Assembly: GCA_964187785.1 (NCBI GenBank)
Contig: OZ076409.1
Location: 85,934,001-85,998,000 of the forward strand
DNA from: Amphiscolops sp. MND2022
Lineage: Eukaryota
Length of the DNA: 64,000 bases
Direction of reading: 5' to 3'
The notes below the pieces were generated by a model. It was not told the DNA's origin. It saw only the letters and a program-made list of their open reading frames with translations, and did not search any database. This document shows, in pieces, positions 13,095 through 26,600 of the stretch (positions within the stretch are counted from its first letter, which is position 1; the number at the start of each line of letters is the position of its first letter). A program made the position numbers and the translations under genes.

Positions 13095-14175
13095 TGTTTT
13101 ATGTACCTGAAGCACGAACGCAAGTTAGCCGACAATCATTAAAATATCGTGGAACTGTCTTACTGAATCATCTACTAAAAACGAAGCTATTACCTCGCAA
13201 TTATGAATCTATCGGTGAAAATGAGACTAAAAGATTGATATTAAAAATTAAAAACAAAATAAGTAGCGAACGTCTGGCAGACATAGTTTTTTGTTGATGC
13301 CCTTGTCTTTGGAGGGTCCTCCCCCGTTTAGGAATAATAACCTTAGGAGGGTCCCCTCTGGTGCTATATTTTTAATTGAACTGACTGCATTGTACTTAAC
13401 TTCTGTACTGGTACTATTGTTCAATTTTTTAAACATAGCATCAGAGAAAATTTAATTCTTTTTCTTATTGGTAGCGCAACTGATAATCGATTGACCGCCA
13501 ATTTTTTGCCTGAAATTGCTCCAACTTTTTGCACAGCTCCGATAATCGTGGTTACGCCGTTTGTTTTTCAATCGATTTTGTTTCAGAATGGTATGTATGT
13601 ATACAAGAGTCAGTTTAATAATGATTTCATTTTCCGGATCTATTCTTGAAACGTTGACTCGCGCTGATTTTTCAGAGACACCTTCAGAATCTACCTTCTA
13701 TCAACAGCGAAAATTTCTCCCGCGTTGCAGACAAATTTTTGTCGAAGAAAGCTAGTATTCACCTTTACTAATTAGAAGCTCCATTCGTTTCCTAATTTTT
13801 CGAAAGTGTGTTGTTCAGGGTTGGGACAATAAATAATTTGATAAAACATTTATTTGCAATATTCAGGATTGTTCAAAAATTGATTGTTCAAATAATAGAA
13901 TGATTTAGCAAGTGGTTATGGAAATGTCTTCGTTCAAGATATTTGAGAAATACAATGTGATAAGTTGCCAGGTATACACTGCGCCATATATTTTGAGAAA
14001 TGTTTTTGCATCAAATTCCTGTGGTATTGTTTCTACAATGCCTGACAAGAACGAAGCCGCTGTTTTACTACTGTTTTGCCAGTACCTGGCAAATAAAAAT
14101 TTGTGGATTTGTAAATGTGGGAAACAATTAACCGAGAAAAGAGAACCAATAAAAAGGGATTTCCAATAATTGATA

Positions 14176-14364
14176 CAGTGGAGGTCGCTTATATGGAACG
14201 TCTCGGGACCGGGTATTCTTGTCTACTATATCCGTTGTCTCTCTTACATTTCATTTGTATCAGTACTTTTGTCATGATTTGCTTAATTTCAGCGGGGACC
14301 GAAATATGCGTGCTAATTAAGCGTGGTCTCTTATACGCGTGTCCCATTTAAGCGGCTTTCACTG
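14176..14364. mobile_element. Possible Tc1/mariner-pogo-type MITE
   Basis: TA|CAGTGGAGGTCGCTTA ... TAAGCGGCTTTCACTG imperfect TIR. The right TSD reads TG rather than TA. Confidence 0.5.
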
Positions 14365-15439
14365 TGTTGTATTCCATAATTGATTGACAAATTTTCGATT
14401 AACCAGCAATTGATGGACAGAAATCATTAACTGGAACAATTAGTTCCAGATACTTTTCAGACATTATCAAAAATTTGCAACATGTCTCCGGTTTTATTTT
14501 TTCCGGAAAGAAAGTCTCTGATGACTATTTATGAAGAGGAAACCTTTTTTTGGAAAAAAAAATCTTGTCAATCAACTATTGAATATCAACTATTGCAATT
14601 AATTGTTTCATCAATTGTTTATTGCCCATCCCTGTTTGTAACCTCTAGTCTTGACAAAGCAAGTCGCTTGAAATTTTGCTATTGAAAAATCTTGCTATTA
14701 AAAAAACCAATCCTAATGCGTTATGATTGGTTCGTTCCGATAGGCGTCTTGCTAATAAACATTAATTGCTATTATGCGACTTGCTATTAAGCAGTTTCTA
14801 CTGTAATGACTTGAGGCAACTGTTCAACACCCCGTTGATCAAGAACAACAGTTGTATTTGAAGGTCAAGCGCAGTTTCCGAAAAATTGTTTTTCTCATTT
14901 TTGCCAGCTGTTTAGTTTTTTTTGGATTTTTCTAGTTAAAATTTAGTCTAGCTTTTTCGAAGTTGTCAATTGTTGAAATTTCAATTAGACAACCCAATTA
15001 TCGGATAATTAATTGGTCCTTAATTTTTGTGGAAAGATTAATTGCAATTAATACTCACCCATCCCTGGTGTTGCTTCAGCTGCCCGATCGATCAGATGTC
15101 TATTTTTCTACCAAAGCAGATCACATTCACCCCATACGTGAGTTGACTCAGTGTCTTTTCAATTGTAATTCAACTCAATCAATCAGGTTGATTATAAAGA
15201 TAACTACAACCTAGTTGAGCTTGTAATGAAATCAATAAATACTCCGATTGGAAAAAGATTCACTTTATTCAGAAAGGTAATTTAAATCTTAGCTGAATCC
15301 TGACTGAACAACTAATAGATTAATCTGTAGCAAGTAGGAGCTAAATCAGAGTAGTTGTGAATATATAATGGTATGAATTGTTGTGAGTGATAAATGAGTC
15401 TTAGCATAGCATTTTAAATATTTTTGGGTAAGCTGAAAT

Positions 15440-15830
15440 ATTACAAAGGCCGTAATTTTTTTTCACGATATGATTATCGACTCTTTTGGTAGCCAATTTT
15501 TATTGGCTACTCCAAGTATTTAGCTAGTTTATTTAATTCGTGCGATGAAGCGAACTAGTATTGATTATTCAATCGAACGCCGAGTTCATTGAGATGAAGC
15601 GAACGAGTGTTTAATATTCGTACGCCGAATTTATTGGAATGGAGCGAATGAGTGTTAGTCATTCGTACGCCGAGAGCTTCGCATGTATGCAAATACGAAT
15701 ATGAAACGTCATACGAATCCAAAGTTGTATTTTGTTTAGTCCGAGAAGTATCAAAGGATTTTCAAACCGTTAGTGATTTATTGTGCGCTATATAATCAAT
15801 AATTATTGGAGTTGATTTATTGATTGATAT
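15440..15830. repeat. Dispersed repeat family with GAAGCGAAC..TCGTACGCCGAG subrepeats
   Basis: Similar copies at ~24930-25170, 26050-26290, 27600-28000, 28350-28750 and 31730-31983. Confidence 0.75.
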
Positions 15831-16222
15831 ATTATGTTTGGAATACTCCATTTTTCTGCCCATGTCTTTCAAACTATTGATAATCAAGAGAAATGGCATG
15901 GATAAAAATTCTTGAATAATAATCTAGTTTACATTCGTGTTTCTTGAAACTTCCATGACAAGTATTTCGGAAATTAGCTATTGATGTCTGTTATTTGGTT
16001 TGCATTTTGGTTTCGATGCGCACGGTCTATATCATTTTTATACCCAGGCTATGATCATGCAAGATTTTCGAACCGAAAACGTTTTACAGCGGTTTTTGAA
16101 CATTGGTTTTTGTCCTAAGCAATTTGTTTGTCTAATTTTGTTTCCGTTTAGGTATCTCAAATTTTTCGAGTGTATTTAGTCAATGATGGGCACCTTGAAC
16201 GATAAATTGTGTTTTATTCAAC

Positions 16223-16758
16223 AACAAGACGAGAACGTCTAAAGTTGGCGCTATATCTAAGGCTCAAAAAACAATTTTTTTTGAAAAAAATTTGAAATTT
16301 TTTCTTTCGGAAAATGTCGCATAGTGCCGAAAAATTTAAAAGGGGGCCCTTTGGGATTTATTAACATACATTCAGTTGCAAAATATCAAAAAACTTGAAG
16401 GGGGGAGCCTTTGGGGACCTTAAAAAATTTTCGAAAAAAAAGTTGCACAGTGCCGAAAAAAAATTGAAAAGGGGGGACCCTTTAGTCTCGTCCGGTTTTG
16501 TAGGTTACTTTAAAAAAGTAAAAATTGAAGGAGAGGGACCCTTTGGACTAAGTCTCCCTTGGCCGGACTTGGCCTGCTCAGGTGGTTTCAGGATTGTTTC
16601 TAAAATGTGGACCGATCAGTGTGAGGATTGTAGTCTGAAGAAAAAAAACAGTCACTGCTATAGTCGGGCATTTTTCCCCTAATGGAAAAGCGCCGACTAA
16701 AAAGGTAACTGTAAGAGTCGGGCATTTTTCCCTAAAAGGAAAAAGCGCCGACTAAAAA
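16223..16758 (-). mobile_element. Helentron/HINE-like dispersed element
   Basis: Reverse-orientation copy with TTTTAGTCGGCG start and GCGCCAACT..AGACGTTCTCGTCTTGTT end. Confidence 0.6.
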
Positions 16759-17346
16759 TTAAATAATGACCAATCTCCGCTCCTAATTTAGCCTCTTTCA
16801 CTGATTTTTCATTTTTACATGTAAAATTTAATCATTTGCAAACTTGTCTAATACTAGTTTTAGTGGTTGGAATTGAGAGGAATATGAACAACATAAAAAT
16901 CCCAAGAACTTTTGTTTTTCTCTTTCATAAAATTCCTAAGAACTTTTGTAAATTTGGCAGTTTGTGAGAAATTCACAAAATCATTGGGCGTTCCAAACCC
17001 ACGTGGGTTCATTCTTTATCGCAGATCTAGTTATTCGATACATGGTATACTTTTATCATTGAACTTTGCAGTCAATGGTTATTTTATCCTAAAGCAGAAG
17101 TATTACTGTGCCCCGCAAATTTTAGTGCCGTCCAGAAAAAAATCCAATATCAAATTTCCATTTGCTTCAGAGATAACGACAGAAAGGACGCCCTTTGTTC
17201 TGAACTATTTGCAGAATCAATGGCGACTAAGGGTTAGTACCGCTATTTTCACAGGTCATTTTCTGTGTAATAAAAATCGGAGCAATATGCTATATCTTTT
17301 AGGTTCTGATTGCTGATGAAATGGCTCATCTCAAACTTGTGTAATC

Positions 17347-17712
17347 ATGGCTCAAAATGAATTACCATTTCAGGAAACTTACGAAGCCTCAGAGAAAGCC
17401 AAAGTTGCGGAAAAGTATCGTAATGGCTCAAAGAATAAGAGTATTACCCCGGAGAAACAAGAGCTTGAGAACAGTTCCAATTCTGAAGCTTCTCTTTGGA
17501 CTTCTGTGTCCACCAATGAGCAACCATCAACGTCTTCTGCTTCTCCTTTGGCCGAAGCAGGACCCTCGTCCTCAAAGCAGCGTCGTCTGGATAGCACCTC
17601 AGCCAGTCAATCGACTTCAGAAGCGCCGTCAACAGATAGCTCCCCTGGAACTTCGAGGAGTCCCACTGCTAACAGAAAAAGCGTGTCTAAAAGTGCTAGG
17701 AAAAGCAAATGA
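17347..17712 (+). CDS. Possible Ser-rich low-complexity ORF or exon (121 aa), function unknown
   Basis: GC-richer than its flanks, open frame, splice acceptor just upstream (~17302). No recognisable domain. Confidence 0.3.
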   Translation: MAQNELPFQETYEASEKAKVAEKYRNGSKNKSITPEKQELENSSNSEASLWTSVSTNEQPSTSSASPLAEAGPSSSKQRRLDSTSASQSTSEAPSTDSSPGTSRSPTANRKSVSKSARKSK

Positions 17713-18233
17713 AGGCTTTGCAGTAAATGGTGCTATTGGCTAAAAAGTGTTATGCAATAATTTCTTTGGATGTTTCAAAGCTCGCAGCAAGCATGGGATC
17801 TATTGAAATATAATTGGTCTTTGTTGACTGAATGAATATCTGCGATAGAAAGACTGCGAATCAATGTTCAGACTACTCAATTTATTTTTTACTTCATTCT
17901 CAACAAACTTCATTGCTACTGGAAAAGTTTACGTTGTCTCGTAATATTGCTTCTGAGATTTCCAGAGAATCGTAGTTCATCTTCACAGTGCCGTGTCTGA
18001 TTTCAGACAGGCATTCCATAAATGTTTCCACTCATCTCTCTTCTTCGCAGCTCGGGTGCCCCCTGCTCGACTTTTCCCATTTCCGTTTTTCCATCAATAT
18101 ACGTTTTTCTGTGTCGGCCTACGATCTTGCCGTTAGTATAACCGGACTAAATGATTTCATCCAATTTTTCGGATTATATGTCCGAAGAGTTTCAATTGTC
18201 TACTTTCAATAGTTTTCACAAGCAGTTGTGGAG

Positions 18234-18577
18234 TTTTTAGTCGGCGCCTTTTCCCTTCAGGAAAAAGCCCTACTATTACAGTTGGTAGTTTTTTTCAGCT
18301 GACAATCTCACTCTGTGTGGTCCACTTTTCTCACAATTTTCATCTTGCATACAATCTTGCAACGTATTTTACATCATCATCTAAGAAACTCAACGGGACC
18401 AAAGATATAACGAGACAAAACGGGACTCGGATATAACGTTTTCAAAGTTCGGATATAACGTTTTCAAAGTTCGGATGTAACGTTTTCAAAGTTCGGATAA
18501 AACTTTTTTATTTTTCCCCGAACTTTTTCGGTTGAGACTTATATATGGCGCCGACTTGGGCCGTTCCCGGCTTGTTT
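18234..18577 (+). mobile_element. Helentron/HINE-like element with an internal 22-bp tandem repeat
   Basis: 5' TTTTTAGTCGGCGCC, 3' GGCGCCGACT plus a GCCG-TTCC-CGGC hairpin and TTGTTT. TCGGATATAACGTTTTCAAAGT x3. Confidence 0.65.
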
Positions 18578-20600
18578 CTGTTTTGCCTAGTTAGTTACTT
18601 TTGTGGGCGGTGTACTAGATGTGGGCGTTCAATCATAGTTCATCAATGTATGTTCATCAAACATTTGTTTTTTATTAGAAAGGTGTTGAAAATATTGGAA
18701 TAATAATGTCAGTGAAAAATAATTATATTTTTCATCTGATCCAAGTGTTCACAAATAGTAGTTTTATTCAATTGCTATTTTGGTCCACTTGGTTTTTCAA
18801 TTGAGCTTATAGTTTTTGAGCTTATGGTTTTTGCACAACGCCCTGAATTTTGGTTGGCAAGATTGTTACTCGGAGCATGCCATACAGTTGTAAATTTACC
18901 CATTCGATCTTGATTTGGTAGGGAGCCTTTCCGTAATGTTACTCAAGTTAAAATTCTCTACAGCAGAAAATTTGGATTTATGCAATTTTGAAACGCTAAG
19001 AAAAATGATTCAACTTCGACATAGGATTTTTCGTTAACGTGTTTCATTGTTCGGTTATTCCCATCTTTGAGAATATGTTCAAACAAGAGGTCCAGTGGCA
19101 CAGCGATATTGTTTACTGTTATGTTAAACTGTTACAACTCAAAATTCTCAAAGAGAACCTTTCAGGGTGAAAAAAAAGAGACCTTAACTGAAACAATCAC
19201 GAAACTTGTTTTCGTCTTCGATTTTTTCCCAAAAAAGTAGCACAATGCTGAAGTTACCTACAAGAGAACCCTCTTGCTCAAAAAATTGAAAACAGCGAAC
19301 CTTACTGAAATTGAGGAAATTTTCCAAATTTTTGTGAAAACTTCATCCAAAAATCACAAAGGTCAACTTTAGGACTCGGAAAACTTTTCCTCAACAGACA
19401 ACCTCAGAACACAGAATTGTAAGAAAAATAATTTCTTCGGTAAGTCGCACAGTGCCGAAAAACCCTGAGACTGTATCTATGCTCGCAAGATACTTTCTTT
19501 CTGCTAAAAATCAGAGGAGCCTTCCGTTTGGGAAAACATAAAAATTGCATAGTGCCGAAAAAATCACAGAGGAGGACCATTTGGTCTTTCCTGTACTTTC
19601 GCAAGCAATTAACCTCTAGGCCAAGTAGTCAGAAACTAAATAAACTAAATTGGCATAAACTAAGCAGGAAAAGGATTGAAAAAACTTCCCAGTCTAAAAC
19701 TAAGAAAATGAAAATTCTAACTCCTGCGTTTAGGATTATCATTATTAATTTTTATTAATATTAATAATTTTGATATAATTTTTATTATAATGGCTGCTTG
19801 GATATGTCACAGGGTGTAGCTCCCGTATTTGAGGAAGCTCTAAATTTACAGGGTTCAAAAGTCTTCATTAATGTATGATGTTGATTCTGAACCCAGTTCT
19901 GTGCCAAATTTCGATGTCATAGTTAGTAAAGTCAACTGTAATCATCATTGGTGGTGCTGCTGCCATACACAAGAAGGTCTTTGAGAACTTTGTAATACAA
20001 CGGTGTAATAGATTTGTCGAGTTAAGTGCATTGGTATAGTCCATGTCGCCACAGGTTCTCTTCTGAGCATGAGCATTGAAATGTTCAGTGATCTTGTGCG
20101 CAGACTCAGTTTTGAGTAATTCCCGAGGTGATAAGCATCTTTCATGATAGACGGTCGTTGACTTTTACCCTTCGAGTTCTAACTGTTAAATAGTCTGGGA
20201 ACAACGTTAACATATTTTAGGAAATACCAAGTTGAATCAACTTCTTGAGCACTATCTCAAGTTTAATTTTGTCAAAAGCCTTGTAAAAGCTCAAGAGGGT
20301 CAGAAAAATGGCCTTTCTAGCTGTATTGAAATTCTTGTTACAATTTTTGAAAGACTCGCAATGAGCTGTATGACAACCGACTTCCTAGGGTTGAGATTCA
20401 CCTTCCTATATTGAGATTCATCCTATATTGATTCTTCCTATAATGAGATTCACTATCAAATCTCAGAAAATAGCTCCGTACAAAATAGTTGATCCTACTT
20501 AGATTCTTCCTCTATTGAGAGTCACTAACAAATGTCAGAAAATAGCTCCGTAGAACCATCATCATACCTTTCCAAACAAACTTTTTTTCAGATTAGTAGT

Positions 20601-23600
20601 ATGAGTAGTGATAGCAACGCAGAAGTGGGCAATTCTTCCCCCGAGGGGGACCCAGTGTCCCCTTCCGACTCCACCTCGTGCTCCAGTGAGTATTCCACCT
20701 CTGCTACTTCGCCAAGTCTGGATGCGATCGAGACGACCCCACCCACCACAGCTCCCCTAGTCAGACCCCTCTCCAGCATCTCCATCAGCAATCACAACAG
20801 TTCCATCCTCCGCAGTCCCTTCGAGGTCACCCCAGAACAACGATCAATGGTGCTTCACAGCTTGCAGGCTCGCAAGTTGAGAGAATCTACTCCTTTCGCC
20901 AACCTCATTTTAGAATGTTAGTCTCTCTCCTTAATGACTTGAATTTTCACGTGTTCACGTCGCTTTTTGGAGGAAAATGGTTAATTTTATCATGCTTTTC
21001 TAAATACAGCGTTTAGGATTGGTGGAAAAACACTGACTCTATCTTTCAAAAAAAATAACGACACTAGCGCAAAATTTCAAAGCCCAATAATTCTTTAGAT
21101 ATGCATTTGACGACAAAAAAGCGCAGATGCGAAAGTGTCTCAGATTTTGATCAGAATTACAATGGCATTTTTTTTAAGTTTCGAAATTGACCCAAGATTA
21201 TTGTAATTTTGGAAATTTCTAGTGCAATATCTTGAAAACCTGTTCCTACGAAATTTTGTAGATTTGACACTTTTCTAAAACTCAAGTTTAACACGTCCTG
21301 AGATCCTCTGCTTCAAAAAGGAAAAGCGGAAAATAGTTGGAGTATACTTCACGGACATTTTGCAGTATTCACTTTTTTCAGACGTGTTCAGTAAGTGTTA
21401 CATCCAAAAATAGAGCCAAGGCTTTAAAATTTATACTTGGTGTTTTTTCTTATAACCAGTGGTTTGCTAGATGAAGATGGTAACGTTCGTTTCCCAAAAA
21501 AACGAAGAGATATAACTTTCGGAGTTTTTATTCGGTCTGAATAAATACCATTGCGATTTTGATGAAACGTCTGAGACCTTTACTATTTGTACTTTTTTGT
21601 GGAATGCATGTCCAATCAAATACTGCGTTTATAACATTTTCGGCTGCGGTATCTGTCTCCGGTGCATTGGTTCCTCAGAGATATTTATTTGAAGACCTGA
21701 TGCTCTTTGAGCTGTTTTTGAAATTGTAACATCAAACATCTATTTAAGAATTTGTGTCCTTGAACGCGCTCACGTCGATTTTCCACATCAAAAGCCTGGA
21801 AGCACACGTTTTTCTGTTCAATACATGTTTTGACCTGAGTTATTTGCAACAAAAAATCTTTTTTTCACCATGTTCCGTAACTTGGCTTTTAGTATGGCAG
21901 TGTTTGTGTTTAGACGGTAAGAGCTTTAGTACAATAGAATTGATGCGCAAGAAGATGTCCAGTTTGCAAGCGGAGAACGAAAAACTTCGTCAGGGCATTA
22001 CAGCTGGTACTTTATCATCTCAGGGGTTAGTTAATCACGCTTCTTTGTCTCACTATCGATTGCATCAAAAACTTTCATAAATGTCCAAGTGTGTGTGAAA
22101 CGCCCACGTAAGGTCGATCTACAATTGAAAATTTTTATTTTTTGAGCTGATTAATTCAATAAAATGACATTGAATTGGCAACAATCCTTTGTCAAATGGT
22201 TCGAATTCGTTAGCTTAATATAGCCTCATGTACATGAAATCGTAGATATTACTGTGGTTTCTAATTGCTGATGTTTTCGTATTTTCAGAGAAAGTGGCGG
22301 GGATCAGCTTTTGAAAAACACGGTGTCCGAATTGGAGAAACGTCTTTATGAAACTCAACGAGACCTCACTGTTGCTCTCCGAGGAAAAGATGAAGTTAGT
22401 TTTTTCTTTTGATGAAATTTTTAAACAATTTGATGATTCGAATGACGTTTTCTTTTTTTTAGAACAGTCAGAAAATTTTGGATTTGAACGAGAGGTTACG
22501 GCAGAAAGACGACGAATTGAACCGAAAGGAATTAAAGTTAGTCCTCTGATGTTTTGTTTCGAAGCTTTGATTCGTTGTGCTGTTTTTCAAATCAGAAAAG
22601 TTTGTCCGAATTGTTGTTAGATTTTACATGAAGGTACAATTGATTAATCTTAGTTTTCTTAAACAAGTACTTCTGACTCCTTTGTTTTCCTTCCTTTGCT
22701 GCGGCAGTTTTTTCATGGAATGCAAAGTTTTCTAAGTCAAATTCTGGTTATGTAGAATGATTAACTCTTGGCAGATTGAAAGAACTGGAGAGAATGTTGT
22801 TAACGTCTGAGAAAACAGTGGAGGAAATGGTGGGTAAGATTGAGACCCTAGAGGAGTGCAAACAGGCCCAGAGCGACGAGTACAGTACTCTGGCTCTGAA
22901 CTGTACGCAGCTGGAACAGAGACTAGTCAAAGCTGAGGAGGAAAACAGACAGGTTCTCAATCAGTATATGAAGTTCAAACAACAGTATGCAGACTTCCTC
23001 AACGTCGAAAACGATAAATTTAACGCGTACGTCATTTTCTACTACCAATTTACCCCGTCTATTAATCACAGGTTTCGTTAATCATTGATTGAATGCATCC
23101 ATTGAAAGTTCAAGTTTTTCATTTCGCTAGAAGTTATTACCTTTATAAAGTGTTTATTACTCAAATCTTCCAGTGCCCGAACTTCTTCAGCCTTGCTAAC
23201 GATGGACTGGTGAATGAAAAATCTTAAAATGTTTGTGAAAAAGACAATTTTTATGTCAAACAAGCTTGGCATTCCAACATTGCTCAACTCAGCGCCTAAT
23301 AGTTTCTAGATTTTTTTTGCTTCTTAAAATATATCGCTCTTAAGAACCATAAGATTTGAAATGTGAAGATATTTTGCGAGAATCCAAAGTCCAATGTAAG
23401 GCATTACCAATGTTACTTCCTTATTTTGATGTCTGTTGTTTCCAGCAAACGAGAAAAAGAAAACAGGGACACAATAGAAAAAGAAGTGAGAGACTTGGGC
23501 AGAAAAATTGAACAGCACGCTGTGTTAGTTTGCTACTAATGCATCAATCATTCTTTCTTCAGTCATCTTTCATTTTCATCATTTTTTGCGTTCTCCGTTT

Positions 23601-26600
23601 CAGAAAGATACCAGCATCAAATTATATTCTATCTTCGGACATTCCAAACACTGCGAGAAATGTTTTTGTACGTATATTTTTGAAAGATTTTGAAGGGAAT
23701 ATTCTAAATTGACGCTTCAACTCGAGTTTTTGTGTTTCAGGAAGCACATGATGAAGAAGTTACGTGTGTTCGGTTTTTGTCCAATAACAATTTTATCACT
23801 GCCGGAATGGACAGAAAAGTTAAAATATGGGATGGCAATACTCCATATCATGGTAAGTTATTTGGATGGAAACCCGTGATTCTGCTGAAAAATTGAATTA
23901 ACTAAAATTGATTATTCGTTAACCGAATCAACTCAACAAGTTTCTGACTTGAAAAACTAATTTACAGTTTTTCACTTAATTTACGAATTTCACTTAATTT
24001 ACAATTTAGCATTGTTTTGCATTTCTACCGATAGGTCTTGTATTCATAGAAACAATCTTCCAGAGGAGAGCAAAACATGAAACTTGGAGTGCGAGGTTGT
24101 TGAGCCTTGAAAACCTTTTCGGACCGCCCGCTTTTCGGACTTAGGATATTGATTGTTACAGGTCAAACTATGAGCCCGAGCGGAACTTTTTCAAGCTGCA
24201 ATGCGTCAGTGACGTGTGTGGACGTGGACCAGCAAGAGACGTACATGGTAGCCTCCCTCTACGACTACACTTCTCGAGTGTGGTCCCTCAAAGACCATAG
24301 GTTGAAGCACAGTCTCACCGGCCACACTGGAAAGGTCATGGCCGCCCGCTTCATAGGCGATGACAGCTATAAGGTCGCCAGTGGAAGTCACGACAGGCGC
24401 GGATTGTCAAAAAAGATCAGTTTATTTGAATCATAAGTTTATAACAAGCAAATCGGTAGAAATACTTGCAAAAAATTTTCCAGACAAAGGAACTTCTAGT
24501 GCTTTAATGTAAACCGGTGTTGAATCTTCAAAGAACGCTTCATCCGCGTTTATTCTATTATAAGGCATACTCTGAATCCAAGACGTCTCTCAGTTTTCGC
24601 TCATTATCTATATAAGACACAGTCGATTGTAGTTTCCTTTACTAACTGAACGCTCACTGCGCATTGTGAGAAAAGGAGCTGCGTAAAATTGCAAACCCCG
24701 AAAAGGACAAGACAATTCATTACACTACTAACGTCCGTTTTCAAGACGTAGTTCGGCACAATGTGTAAAGTGTAAGACATGCCTTTTTATTTGCGTAAGC
24801 TGGAATTTTATAGAAGCCGTAAGTGTGGTTTTTTTCAAGAGCTATTTATCAACCCACTTGGTTAGCCAAATGGCTCGCGCTGCTCCATGTCTTTAGTTAG
24901 TTTGTTCAATTCTCATGGCAGTTAGGCAGCGCTCTCATTAAGATTAAGCGAACGGTTGTTGATTATTCGTACACCAAGTTCATGGATTAAGCGAACTAGT
25001 CTTGTCTATTCGTACGCCGAGATTTTTGCCTGCATTCAAATACGAATGCGAAACGTCATATGTATGCGAACCTAGTAGTTGTGTTTTCTTAGCCTAAGAA
25101 TCAAAGATGTTGCAAAGTGGTACAGTGATTAATTAGGCACTATATCGTGAATTAACAGGAGTGTATAGTTATTTCAGGTGTTTTTAGCAGTCGGAAAAAA
25201 TTCCGACTACTTATGCAATCGTACCTTTTCTCCCGACCTTTCAAAAAAAACTTCAAATTTCTCAAAAACTCCATTTTTTTTAAAAAAAAATAAGTCATTC
25301 TACACCTGAAGGGGGATCTGATAAACATAGCTGAAATTAGCCCAAAAATTTTGTTGGAAAAAAATTGTTGAGAAAAAAATCAATTTAACCCCAATTGACC
25401 TGGGCGTTTGAAATTTTCAAATTTGATAAAATTTTTAAATCATCAATATCTCCACAACTACGCGTACCAGAGAAACGAACTGTAGCACGTTTGAATGTTC
25501 TGGTATTGGGCTTTCATTTTGGTCAGGTCGCCTGCCCCTTCCCTTCAGAATTTTAGTCTTTTTCCGGTACCACCGCTTCGTGCGGCCCGCTGCGCGGTGG
25601 CTTGTAGTAACAACAATGTTATTGGGGTTTGTTGCACCAGGACTTGTTGTGGAAGGGCATGTGCTTGTTTTTTTTCTATTTATCAAAGGTTTTTGAGAAA
25701 AGGTTTTTGCGAGTTTTCGCTCATTATCTATATAAGACACAGTCGATTGTAGTTTCCTTTACTAACTGAACGCTCACTGCGCATTGTGAGAAAAGGAGCT
25801 GCGTAAAATTGCAAACCCCGAAAAGGACAAGACAATTCATTACACTACTAACGTCCGTTTTCAAGACGTAGTTCGGCACAATGTGTAAAGTGTAAGACAT
25901 GCCTTTTTATTTGCGTAAGCTGGAATTTTATAGAAGCCGTAAGTGTGGTTTTTTTCAAGAGCTATTTATCAACCCACTTGGTTAGCCAAATGGCTCGCGC
26001 TGCTCCATGTCTTTAGTTAGTTTGTTCAATTCTCATGGCAGTTAGGCAGCGCTCTCATTAAGATTAAGCGAACGGTTGTTGATTATTCGTACACCAAGTT
26101 CATGGATTAAGCGAACTAGTCTTGTCTATTCGTACGCCGAGATTTTTGCCTGCATTCAAATACGAATGCGAAACGTCATATGTATGCGAACCTAGTAGTT
26201 GTGTTTTCTTAGCCTAAGAATCAAAGATGTTGCAAAGTGGTACAGTGATTAATTAGGCACTATATCGTGAATTAACAGGAGTGTATAGTTATTTCAGGTG
26301 TTTTTAGCAGTCGGAAAAAATTCCGACTACTTATGCAATCGTACCTTTTCTCCCGACCTTTCAAAAAAAAACTTCAAATTTCTCAAAAACTCCATTTTTT
26401 TTAAAAAAAAAATAAGTCATTCTACACCTGAAGGGGGATCTGATAAACATAGCTAAAATTAGCCCAAAAATTTTGTTGGAAAAAAATTGTTGAGAAAAAA
26501 ATCAATTTAACCCCAATTGACCTGGGCGTTTGAAATTTTCAAATTTGATAAAATTTTTAAATCATCAATATCTCCACAACTACGCGTACCAGAGAAACGA

